DNA from: a virus
Virus record (IMG/VR): IMGVR_UViG_3300023110_000006
Length of the DNA: 64,000 bases
Direction: 5' to 3' (one strand)
Position numbers and translations under genes: made by a program. Below are positions 29,870 to 39,642 of the stretch, in pieces. Under the pieces are notes generated by a model. The model did not search any database and was not told where the DNA came from. It worked only from the letters and a program-made list of their open reading frames with translations. The number at the start of each line of letters is the position of its first letter. The stretch's first letter is position 1.

Positions 29870-32800
29870 ATGGCGAAGAGAAAGATTAATAACTATAAAT
29901 TTAAACCTGGAATAGGGTACACAGAAAATTTATATCCTAATGGTTATGCTCTTTTAAACAACAACAAAAGTTTTTTAGTTGCAGAAACTTCAGCATTTAT
30001 TTTAAACAGAATTACAGATGCAGATACATATGCATTAGAACTTGTAGATATTATTAATGGTATCAAGTTTGACATGTTTTTTGGAAATGCCGCACAAAGA
30101 TTGTACGGGGAAGTTGAATCAAGAAAACCCGATACAACAAAATTACTTAGACAAAGAACTTTAGACAGAATTAAAACAAGTTTAAGTGCATTATCAAATG
30201 TGACTGGAACTTTTCAAACTAATATAGAAACTACAATTACAAACATAAATTCTATTTCAGATGGAGGCACGTCTCCAACACTTAATATTACAGATCCAGC
30301 AGGAATCACAGTAAATTTAGGATATGCAAAAACTAGAATTACAAATAACAGAGCATTCTTAATTGAAGAAGTAAAAGCATACATAGATACAGATACTCCG
30401 GGAAATGCAATTACTACAGATACAAATTTTTCTACAGATATTGGACTTTTAATTGATTGTGTACAATTTGATTTAGTACATCAATCTAATATTTTGTCAA
30501 ATGCAATCGCGACTTATATATTTGTTAATACGCCATCTGCAAACAGAACACTATTAGGCGAAGGACTTTCTAGACTAGGTGTAGTTATCAAACAGGTAAT
30601 AGAAGGTGATACTGTTACAGTATCTGAAGGTAACAGTCTTACACAAAATGGCACTGGAGTCAATGCAAGTACAGCTGAAGGTAACTATGCACAAGCAAGA
30701 GTTGATGATGTTCAGGTAGTAACTTCGAATGGTACTGTAGCATCTTTACCAGGTGATGTTGCTCCAGATATTACTGGAGAGTCTGCAGGTGGCCAAGCGG
30801 CCGCAACAGATATTGACAATAACTTAGCAACAATTATTGCTACAGATAATGCTTTCAAAGATTACACATATAACCAATCTAAGTGTGAACGAGATGTTAA
30901 CTTTATTTTGTCAGCTTATTTGTTTGACTTACGCTATGGCGGAAACAGTAAAACTTATGACTATGCAGGAAAATATTGGGAAGGTACAGTAGCACAGGTT
31001 GACGGCACACGTTATCCTGAACTAGATACACACGCTTGGATTAAATTTGTTATAAAAGAATACATATGGGACAAACAAGCATATCCAGCTGAACAAACAG
31101 GAACAGTTCAAACTGTTTCAGGAGACGATGCTGAAAGTGCATTAGATAATAGAATAGACACACTCAACAGTATTGTTTTAGATGTTATTGCCGGCGGACT
31201 TACTGCATTACCTACTTTTGAAGATACGGGTGCAGGTTATGTTAAGTTTATAGGCAACTACGACAGTAGTGATATTTTGCTTATAACTGACACTGTAGAA
31301 AACAAAGTAATCTATTCATTTAATGACGCTAATACAGGTGGCGTAACTGAACTTACAACATTTACATCTAGTAACGGAGTAGTTTACGAAACAGATCCAG
31401 ACTTTCCAGCTTTTTTAGATACAGCAGATGCAATTACAAAAGTATTTTTTAACACAAGTACCAGTACAAGTTTAAGTACAAATAAATTACAAATTTTTGT
31501 CGACAATGATGAGCTTGTAATTAGACCTTATGAGTTTGGTACTGATGCTATTGAAAGAAACAGAACAGCAGAACCGTTATCAATGCTTGATGCTGACTTC
31601 GAGTATGGTTTACAGCCAACTAAATGGAGTGCTATCGCAACTATGAGAGGCTATCCATCTGTGTACGAAGTTCCGGGAACAGAAACTGACGTTAGTCAAG
31701 TTATAACAGATGCAAGTTCAGGAACAAATGATGTAGGTTCTTCACTAATTACGGTTACTACACTTGGCGCTCACGGCTTAGTAGAAGGTGATGCTATAAC
31801 ATTAAAAGGATTAAATCCACAAACATTTGGATATAGTAGAGCTGAAGGTGCATTCATTATCACAACAGTGCCTAACTCAATTAGTTTTACTTTTTATGCA
31901 AAAGCAAAAGTTGGTACTACAGACGGTGATAGTTTACAATCTGAATCTACGCAGTTAAGAAAAGCAGGTTTTTATACAGGTGCAGATATTGGTGTACCTA
32001 CGTTTAGTGTTACAAGCCAAGGTTCTAACGGAGTTGTTGCTCCGGCCCTTATTGTTCCGTCAGGTGAAGATGTTATTCCATTTACTGTTGTTAGTGGAGG
32101 TGCACCAGAAACAGGTGCTCCGGTAACAGCCGATACCGGTATTCCACTAGGTACACAGATAACTGGTAGAGTAGGAACTGGTGGTGTTGTTACTACACCT
32201 GTAGTTACAGCAGATTTTAACGAAGGTGAAACAGCTATCACAGTTCAAGATACAGCAGGAGTTGTACAAAATCTAGCGGCAGATAGAGGTGATGGTCAAG
32301 CAATGCTTGTTAACACTGTTGTTGGAAACACAATTAATTTTAACACAGGGATAACAAGTGACTTTTCAGGCAACTTGGTTACATACACAGCAATAGAAGG
32401 TACTAATGTTGTAAGTTTAGGTTTTGGAGCAACCTTTGATATTAGCAGATCCGGCGGTACTTATACTATACAAGCTATTGCTAACAGCGGACAAAACTAT
32501 GAAGTAGACGATGTATTAGAAATTCAAGGTGAATTTTTAGGAGGTATTACTCCTACAAACGATGCACAAATTACAGTAGATAGTGTTGATACTGGAGGAG
32601 AGATTTTAACAGCTACAATCTCTGGTAGTGCATTTAACGGAACTGGTAACTTTGCAAACATTACAGGAAATTATAATCATGGTAATGGACAAGGTGGAAT
32701 ATTTGATATAACCTATACAAACAATGTATTTACAGCCACACTTTCTGATCCTGTATATAATAATGTTACAGGAACTTCAACAGGCGGCGCAGGAACAGGA

Positions 32801-35800
32801 GCAATATTTAATATAACTCAAACTAACAATGTTTATTCTGTTACTGTAGATCCACAAACTATTGGAGTAACAGGTTATGCGATAAACGACATAATTAAAA
32901 TTGCAGGTACAGAGCTTGGAGGTAGTACTCCTAATAATGATGCACAAATTAGTGTTACAAGTGTAGATAGTGAAGGATATCCAACAGGTGTAAATATAGC
33001 TGGTGTAGCGGCGAATGCTCAAAATACATATACAGGTGTTACTTACAGTACTAACAACTCAGGTATTGGAGCGCAAATAAATGTTAATACAAATGGCACA
33101 GGTTACAGTGCAACATTTAGTCAACAAGGTACAGGTTTTGCGGCAAGTGATACAATAACTGTTTTAGGAAGCCAATTAGGCGGTGTTGATGGAGTTAACG
33201 ATTTAACAATTACAATTAATACTGTTGATACTGGTGGTGAGATTTTAACTTATACTGAGTCAGGCACAGCAGTCAATACATCATCTTTTTCTAATATTAC
33301 AAACCATACAAACTTAATTGGTAGCGGTGCATCATTTAATGTAACTGTAAACAATTTAGCAGAAACTTATAGTGTAGTTATTGATCAAGGTGGTAGTGAC
33401 TATGGTCCTAATCAAACTATTGTTATTCCTGGAGACCAATTAGGCGGCGCAAGCCCTGCCAATGATTTAACATTAACTATAACAGATGTTGACAATGACA
33501 GTACACTTGTTGCTGGACCTATACTAACAGTTAGTACCAGCGGAACATCATTAAAAGCTACAACAAATTACACAGTAGAAGATAGACTTAAAATACCTGG
33601 AACACAGTTTAGTGGAGGTGTTGACGGCACAAACGATTGTATTATCAGAGTGACTGGAGTAGATAGCGATGGCGGAATCACAACGTTTACTGTAAGCGGA
33701 ACAGCGCCAGACGGAAATGTAACTTATCCAGCACTAGCAGGAACAACAACCGGTAGTGGTACAGCTGGTGCATTTGATGTTACTAGAACAGGAACTACAT
33801 ATACAGTTGGAGTAAGTAATGGAGGTGCAAACTATGCGGCTCTTGATACTGTTACTATTGTTGGTACTGATTTAGGCGGCACATCACCGGCAAATGACGC
33901 AACAATTACTATAGATACAGTTGATGGAAGTGGTGCAGTGTTGACTGCAAGCATAGCAGGTACTGCGGCTAATGTAGGTAGTGCAGATAATCAGTCTGGT
34001 ACTGCTTTGATAGGTAACGGTGCAACATTCAATGTAGCACTTTCAGGTGGTGCCTACACTACAACCGTTGCACAAGGCGGACAAGAATATTTTGCAGGAC
34101 AAACATTTACTGTACCAGGTAACCAATTAGCTGGTGCGACACCAACTAACGATCTTACAATTACAATTTCTACAGTAGGTGCAACAGGAGATATTACAGC
34201 AGTTACAGATTCTGGAAGTGCAAGTACAGATGTAGCAAGTTTTGCTAATGTTGTTGCAAACGTTGCTGGTTCAACAGGTAACGGTGCAAGTTTTGATGTA
34301 GTCAGAGACGGAACAAATGCGGCATCGAGCGTAGGAACATATACAGTATCATTAAATGCATCTGGCGGTAACTATGCACCTGGTAACAAAATACGTTTAG
34401 ACGGCGGCAATTTAGGCGGAACAACATCTGTAAATGACATTCTGTTAACAGTTCAAACAGTAGATAGTGCTGGAGCAGTGTTAACATATACCTATAGCGG
34501 AGCGGCATATGCAGGCGATGATTTATCTCTGTATTCAACATTTACAATTGATACACAAACAGATGCACAATTACAAACTACATTACAAATTAGTTTTAGT
34601 GCATTGGCAACATTGTTAATTACATTTACAACTGCACACGGGCTTGTGCCTGGAGATACATTTATCACTACAGTAGGTAGTGATGACGGGTCAAATAATC
34701 ATAATTTAGGCGCAGGATCATTCCTAATTACAAGTGTTCCTAGTGCAACAACATTAACTTACACAGCAAGAGCGGCAGGCTCAATAGATACTTCAAATGA
34801 TGAAATTACAGGAACAGTTTATCCTAGACCAGATTCTTTCTTTGTACACAGACCATTTGACGGTGGTGTACAGCTAGGTACAGGCGGTCCACAACATGGT
34901 GCTCAAGCAATACGTCAGAGTAAAAAGTATATTCGTTACCAATCAGGTAAAGGTATTATGTATACTACTGGTGCCCTATTTGCTCCAAGTTATGATTTAC
35001 GTTCTTGTACATCAGACGGAGTTGAAGTAGGTTCAACAATCACTATAACTTGTGACGATAACGACCACGGTTTACAAATTGGTGCTAAAGTACAACTAAT
35101 TGGAATAGAAACTGTAGGCTATAACGGAACGTATACCGTTAATGATATAATTAGTGAAAGAACATTTGAAGTTTCAGCAGTAAATAGACTTGGAGACACA
35201 ACTGCCGTATTAAGTTTTGGTGCACAAGTTTCTACTTATCAATGGCACGGTGCAACAGTGCGTTCGGGTGTGTTTGATGATCAAAACGGAATCTATTGGG
35301 AATATGATGGCACTAACTTGTTAGCATGTCAACGTACTGCTACTAAACAAGTTTCAGGGACAGGCACTATTAACCCTGATGAGAATACAGTTAACGGAAC
35401 AAACACTAGATTTAGAGATCAGTTAAAAGCTGGGGATAGAGTTGTTATCAGAGGTATGACACATGTAGTAACGAGTGTTGTAGATCAAACAACAATGACT
35501 GTTTCACCAGATTATCGAGGTGTAAACACAGCTACAGGTACAAAAATATGTTTAATTAGCGATAAAAAAGTTAGACAAAGAGACTTTAATATAGATGCAA
35601 TGGACGGCAATGGTCCAAGCGGATATAATTTTGTAGCAAGTAAAATGCAGATGATTGGTATTGAGTATTCATGGTATGGTGCAGGTTTTATTGATTATAT
35701 GGTACGTGGTGCAGACGGTAATTTTGTTTATGCACATAGAATTAGAAATTCAAACGTGAACACAGAAGCATATATGCGTTCAGGTAACTTGCCTGTACGT

Positions 35801-37282
35801 TACGAAATTACGAATGAAGGACAAAATACAAAACTTTCAGCAGACATCGATGATGCAGTTACAACAATACCTGTAGAAAGTGTAGAGTTTTTACCAGAAG
35901 CAGGCACTGTATACATTGACAATGAACTTGTAGCATATACAGGTTTAGATACAGCTAATAATACGTTGACCGGTTGTACTAGGTCAGCTAACCTAACAAA
36001 CTTCCAATCAGGCGCACAACGTACATATACAGCTGGAGCGGCAATTAGCCATACTGAGAGAACTGGAGTTGTACTTGTAAGTAATACAACAACACCTCTT
36101 ATTTCACACTGGGGTTCAGCATTTATAACAGACGGTGGGTTTGATGAAGATCGTGGATATATTTTCAGTTACACAGAAACAAACATAACCGTAACAAATT
36201 CTAGACAAACAGCGTTTATGATTAGACTAGCACCTAGTGTGTCAAATGCTATTCCAGGCGATCTGGGAGATAGAGAATTACTTAACAGAGCTCAACTATT
36301 ACTACAGAGTTTGGAAATAACTACGGATCAACCAACTGCGTCAGACCCAGGAACGATTGTTGTTGAAGGAATTCTAAATCCTCAAAACTATCCTGTCAAC
36401 CCTAATCTAATTAGTTGGTCAGGCCTAAGTACACTTGCACAAGGTGGTCAACCTAGCTTTGCCCAAGTAGCATCAGGTACTGGTATTACTTGGACTACTG
36501 GTGCTTCAACAACTACAGCTAACCTTACTGCACAGGCAACTATTCAAGCTGTATTAGATTCAGGTCAAAACAGATCGAACAATGGTAATAGTTTTATATG
36601 GGTAAGTGCTGTTGATTATAGAACAACTTTTGGTACAAATTTGTTAGACATTGTTACAGGTAAAACAATTATTGGAAACAATATTCCAAACGGTGCCTAT
36701 ATAACTGGTGGATATATTAGTCCATCTAGTAACTATGGCTATTTCTTTATATCACAAAATATTACAGGAAATATTCAAAGAAATGTAAGCAATGCCTACA
36801 CAATCCAATCACACAGTGATTTAAATAATGCTCCAAATGCATTTATTACAAAAGCAAGCTGGGAAGCAAGCGGCGGCACAAATGGCACAGCAGTAAGTAG
36901 CACCAGCTCAAATCCAAGTTGGCCTGCTGGTACAGTTATAAACAAAATTTCATTGGAAGATTTTGCAGGTACAGAATACTATCAAATTGAATTTAACCAA
37001 GCGGCTCAAGGAACACTACAACAAGGTAGTGGCACAATTACACTAGAATTTAGTGCTCCTGCATACGGACAACCAGGTGAAACTGTGCTTTCATTTATAT
37101 CTCAACCAGGAGAAAGAGCAACTTTAAGTCTTGCAGAATTGAAAGAACTTACGAATACTACACTTGGAGGTAGAGGTACATTCCCGAATGGACCAGACGT
37201 TCTTGCAATCAACATTTATAAAACATCTGGTGCAGACATAGGCGCTAACTTAATTCTAAGATGGGGTGAAGCTCAAGCGTAA
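29870..37282 (+). CDS. Giant virion structural/fibre protein (2470 aa) with internal beta-rich repeats
   Basis: T/G/N-rich; eight LGGxxPxNDxTITxxxVD repeats; three TxxxHGL-type modules; N-terminal helical region with a KCERD motif. Confidence 0.7.
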   Translation: MAKRKINNYKFKPGIGYTENLYPNGYALLNNNKSFLVAETSAFILNRITDADTYALELVDIINGIKFDMFFGNAAQRLYGEVESRKPDTTKLLRQRTLDRIKTSLSALSNVTGTFQTNIETTITNINSISDGGTSPTLNITDPAGITVNLGYAKTRITNNRAFLIEEVKAYIDTDTPGNAITTDTNFSTDIGLLIDCVQFDLVHQSNILSNAIATYIFVNTPSANRTLLGEGLSRLGVVIKQVIEGDTVTVSEGNSLTQNGTGVNASTAEGNYAQARVDDVQVVTSNGTVASLPGDVAPDITGESAGGQAAATDIDNNLATIIATDNAFKDYTYNQSKCERDVNFILSAYLFDLRYGGNSKTYDYAGKYWEGTVAQVDGTRYPELDTHAWIKFVIKEYIWDKQAYPAEQTGTVQTVSGDDAESALDNRIDTLNSIVLDVIAGGLTALPTFEDTGAGYVKFIGNYDSSDILLITDTVENKVIYSFNDANTGGVTELTTFTSSNGVVYETDPDFPAFLDTADAITKVFFNTSTSTSLSTNKLQIFVDNDELVIRPYEFGTDAIERNRTAEPLSMLDADFEYGLQPTKWSAIATMRGYPSVYEVPGTETDVSQVITDASSGTNDVGSSLITVTTLGAHGLVEGDAITLKGLNPQTFGYSRAEGAFIITTVPNSISFTFYAKAKVGTTDGDSLQSESTQLRKAGFYTGADIGVPTFSVTSQGSNGVVAPALIVPSGEDVIPFTVVSGGAPETGAPVTADTGIPLGTQITGRVGTGGVVTTPVVTADFNEGETAITVQDTAGVVQNLAADRGDGQAMLVNTVVGNTINFNTGITSDFSGNLVTYTAIEGTNVVSLGFGATFDISRSGGTYTIQAIANSGQNYEVDDVLEIQGEFLGGITPTNDAQITVDSVDTGGEILTATISGSAFNGTGNFANITGNYNHGNGQGGIFDITYTNNVFTATLSDPVYNNVTGTSTGGAGTGAIFNITQTNNVYSVTVDPQTIGVTGYAINDIIKIAGTELGGSTPNNDAQISVTSVDSEGYPTGVNIAGVAANAQNTYTGVTYSTNNSGIGAQINVNTNGTGYSATFSQQGTGFAASDTITVLGSQLGGVDGVNDLTITINTVDTGGEILTYTESGTAVNTSSFSNITNHTNLIGSGASFNVTVNNLAETYSVVIDQGGSDYGPNQTIVIPGDQLGGASPANDLTLTITDVDNDSTLVAGPILTVSTSGTSLKATTNYTVEDRLKIPGTQFSGGVDGTNDCIIRVTGVDSDGGITTFTVSGTAPDGNVTYPALAGTTTGSGTAGAFDVTRTGTTYTVGVSNGGANYAALDTVTIVGTDLGGTSPANDATITIDTVDGSGAVLTASIAGTAANVGSADNQSGTALIGNGATFNVALSGGAYTTTVAQGGQEYFAGQTFTVPGNQLAGATPTNDLTITISTVGATGDITAVTDSGSASTDVASFANVVANVAGSTGNGASFDVVRDGTNAASSVGTYTVSLNASGGNYAPGNKIRLDGGNLGGTTSVNDILLTVQTVDSAGAVLTYTYSGAAYAGDDLSLYSTFTIDTQTDAQLQTTLQISFSALATLLITFTTAHGLVPGDTFITTVGSDDGSNNHNLGAGSFLITSVPSATTLTYTARAAGSIDTSNDEITGTVYPRPDSFFVHRPFDGGVQLGTGGPQHGAQAIRQSKKYIRYQSGKGIMYTTGALFAPSYDLRSCTSDGVEVGSTITITCDDNDHGLQIGAKVQLIGIETVGYNGTYTVNDIISERTFEVSAVNRLGDTTAVLSFGAQVSTYQWHGATVRSGVFDDQNGIYWEYDGTNLLACQRTATKQVSGTGTINPDENTVNGTNTRFRDQLKAGDRVVIRGMTHVVTSVVDQTTMTVSPDYRGVNTATGTKICLISDKKVRQRDFNIDAMDGNGPSGYNFVASKMQMIGIEYSWYGAGFIDYMVRGADGNFVYAHRIRNSNVNTEAYMRSGNLPVRYEITNEGQNTKLSADIDDAVTTIPVESVEFLPEAGTVYIDNELVAYTGLDTANNTLTGCTRSANLTNFQSGAQRTYTAGAAISHTERTGVVLVSNTTTPLISHWGSAFITDGGFDEDRGYIFSYTETNITVTNSRQTAFMIRLAPSVSNAIPGDLGDRELLNRAQLLLQSLEITTDQPTASDPGTIVVEGILNPQNYPVNPNLISWSGLSTLAQGGQPSFAQVASGTGITWTTGASTTTANLTAQATIQAVLDSGQNRSNNGNSFIWVSAVDYRTTFGTNLLDIVTGKTIIGNNIPNGAYITGGYISPSSNYGYFFISQNITGNIQRNVSNAYTIQSHSDLNNAPNAFITKASWEASGGTNGTAVSSTSSNPSWPAGTVINKISLEDFAGTEYYQIEFNQAAQGTLQQGSGTITLEFSAPAYGQPGETVLSFISQPGERATLSLAELKELTNTTLGGRGTFPNGPDVLAINIYKTSGADIGANLILRWGEAQA
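32420..34510 (+). repeat. Eight ~80-aa protein repeats (GAxFxV...G.xY...LGGxxPxNDxxITxxxVD) within the 29870 CDS
   Basis: Visible in the translation; boundaries approximate. Confidence 0.7.
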
Positions 37283-37800
37283 ATGTTATAATTTACAATA
37301 CATCTAGGCTTGTCTGTAGGATATCCACCTGCATGTAAAGTATTACCGTCAAACAATACTATACGTCCTTTTTTAGGTGACACACGTTCTATGATTTTTT
37401 CATTTTCAAAAAATACAGTGTCTCCGTCGCTGTCGTTTAGATAGTAAATTAAGCCTAAATGCTCTTCTGGACGATCTGTATGCGGAGCATAATGTTCCAA
37501 ACTAGTTTTGTGTGGCACAGTTATAAAAAGTCTAGCCGCAATAATATCAATTAAATTTATATCTAAATTTGCACACACAATTTGTGGTACTTTACTAAAG
37601 TTACCATAATGTTCTGTAAGTTTTGTACTGCTTTTTAAAACATGTTCAAAACTGACAGGTAAAATATTTCCGTCATACGCAGTTGGTTCATACTTACATA
37701 CTAGTGGTAACATAGCATTAACATTATTATTACCAAATACAAGTGTATGGTAATAGTCCTGTAAATCTAAAGGAATAATATCGTCTTTAATTACTATCAT
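37273..37800 (-). CDS. 2OG-Fe(II) oxygenase
   Basis: PHTD (HxD), YYLNDSDGDT, PKKGRIVLFDG..LHAG, RCIVNYN. Confidence 0.8.
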   Translation of the reverse strand: MIVIKDDIIPLDLQDYYHTLVFGNNNVNAMLPLVCKYEPTAYDGNILPVSFEHVLKSSTKLTEHYGNFSKVPQIVCANLDINLIDIIAARLFITVPHKTSLEHYAPHTDRPEEHLGLIYYLNDSDGDTVFFENEKIIERVSPKKGRIVLFDGNTLHAGGYPTDKPRCIVNYNIYA

Positions 37801-38422
37801 CTAAGCTATCCACAAACGCGGCTAGATTGTCAAACACTTTTGTTGCTTTTCTAATATTTTTATATGTAAATCTTTTTTTAATTAATTGTTCAGTTTCTTT
37901 ACCATGTCCTGTACGTACAAGTATAGGTTTAGCACCCATTTTTAGAGCGGCCTTTAAATCTCTAATTCTGTCACCTACATAATAACCCTTAGAAAATTTT
38001 ACATGAGGTACTTCTTTTTCGCAACGCTTGAACATACCAGTGTTTGGTTTAGCATACATATCATTTTTTGCGCTACTTGCACTATAATACAACCCATCTA
38101 TACTAGGACATCCTGCTTTGCCTAGTTCTTCAAACATATAAGTGTGTAATTTATCTACATCTTCTTGTGTGTATAATCCTTTTTCTATACCACCTTGATT
38201 TGTAATGATTACAATTTTATGACCAAGTTTACGCAATTTTACAATAGCATCTAAACTTCCATCTTCAAATTTCCAGTCATCTTTTTTGTATACATAGTCT
38301 CCTATGTCTACATTTATAACTCCGTCTCTATCTAAACCAACTACACATTTTGGTGCAATATAGTCTGGTTTATAAAAATCGATGTCAACGTCATCACTCC
38401 ATACTATCTTGGGATTGTTCAT
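37787..38422 (-). CDS. gmhB: D-glycero-D-manno-heptose 1,7-bisphosphate phosphatase (HAD IIIA)
   Basis: LDRDGVIN, ITNQGGI, KPNTGM, VGDRIRD, LVRTGHG; same operon as hldD and hldE. Confidence 0.85.
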   Translation of the reverse strand: MNNPKIVWSDDVDIDFYKPDYIAPKCVVGLDRDGVINVDIGDYVYKKDDWKFEDGSLDAIVKLRKLGHKIVIITNQGGIEKGLYTQEDVDKLHTYMFEELGKAGCPSIDGLYYSASSAKNDMYAKPNTGMFKRCEKEVPHVKFSKGYYVGDRIRDLKAALKMGAKPILVRTGHGKETEQLIKKRFTYKNIRKATKVFDNLAAFVDSLDDSN

Positions 38423-38819
38423 CTTGTATTTCTTTCAATTTTGCAGTTATTTCTCCTTGACTATCGCCAGGAATAATTCTATAGTTATCTTCTACACTAT
38501 CAGCTGTACTTACTTCTGTAATACTACTTCCATCTTCTAGAGCTTCTAGTTGATGTGGTAATAGTGGAGGATTATGCCATGTGCTACCTGTAGTTAAAGT
38601 TTGACTAAACAATGTAGCAGTTTTTGTATCAATCCATCTCAATAAAAAACTACCGTTATTAACAAACCAAGTTTCGTCTTTTTCTCTGTGGAAATGCATA
38701 CTAAATTTGTTTCCTTTTTTAGTAAAAACTAACATTTTACCACAGTATTTGTCATTGCTTGCCCAAATTACTTCATAACCCCAACCTTTTTCTACTTTAC
38801 CATTTAATCTATCTGTCAT
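38394..38819 (-). CDS. Cupin-fold sugar(-phosphate) isomerase-like protein
   Basis: KGWGYE, SMHFHREKDETW, PLLPHQL, EVST cupin metal motifs. Confidence 0.75.
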   Translation of the reverse strand: MTDRLNGKVEKGWGYEVIWASNDKYCGKMLVFTKKGNKFSMHFHREKDETWFVNNGSFLLRWIDTKTATLFSQTLTTGSTWHNPPLLPHQLEALEDGSSITEVSTADSVEDNYRIIPGDSQGEITAKLKEIQDEQSQDSME

Positions 38820-39642
38820 TTATCCATTCCTTTGTTGTAGTGAATTTAAATTCACCAATAGTTTTTAGTAACTTGTCATTATTACTACACGTATAATTTT
38901 GATATTGATTTTTTAATATATCAGGCATTGGTATTGGGTTTATCTTTGCATCATATTTCTCTGCAATATCTTCTGCAATACTTTGAAAACTTGTTGCTAC
39001 ACCAGTACCACAATTCCATATACCACTTTCGTCAATATCTAATAATTTTTCTACAATTTTACAAACATCACCAACATATATAAAATCTCTTTTGTAGTTT
39101 GCACTATTTTCAAAAGGTTGTACAATACCTTTAGTTTGAGCTTGTTCAGTAAATTTATGAAATACACTCATTTGATTGCCTTTGTGTTCTTCATGCTCTC
39201 CATAAACATTGAAGAAACGTAGTCCTTGTATTTTACATTTATATTGTTCCCAATCTAACAGCGTTATACTTCGGTCAAATAAGTATTTGCTCCATGCATA
39301 AGGGCTTTGTGGTTGTAAAGGCCCATCTTCTGTAAAATGCTGTGTATCTCCATATACGCTGGCACTAGATGCATACAGAAAATCAACACCCTGCATGTCA
39401 CAAACTTGTAATAATCTATGACTAAAATCTAAGTTGTATTGTAATATTTTTTCAACATCTCTTTCTGTTGTGCTACTAATTGCACCCATGTGTATAACTT
39501 TATCAAATTGACTACAATCTGGCACTACATTCAATGTAGGTTCATTGTATTCAGCAATGCCGTGTCCTTTAGACATAAGGTAATTTTTTAAATTTTTACC
39601 AATAAAACCTGCGGCACCAGTAATTAAAATTTTATAACTCAT
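38809..39642 (-). CDS. hldD: ADP-L-glycero-D-manno-heptose 6-epimerase
   Basis: ITGAAGFIG, HMGAISSTTE, YASSASVYG, YAWSK (YxxxK), RFFNVYG.HE.HKG, RDFIYVGDV, YQNYT. Confidence 0.88.
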   Translation of the reverse strand: MSYKILITGAAGFIGKNLKNYLMSKGHGIAEYNEPTLNVVPDCSQFDKVIHMGAISSTTERDVEKILQYNLDFSHRLLQVCDMQGVDFLYASSASVYGDTQHFTEDGPLQPQSPYAWSKYLFDRSITLLDWEQYKCKIQGLRFFNVYGEHEEHKGNQMSVFHKFTEQAQTKGIVQPFENSANYKRDFIYVGDVCKIVEKLLDIDESGIWNCGTGVATSFQSIAEDIAEKYDAKINPIPMPDILKNQYQNYTCSNNDKLLKTIGEFKFTTTKEWINDR

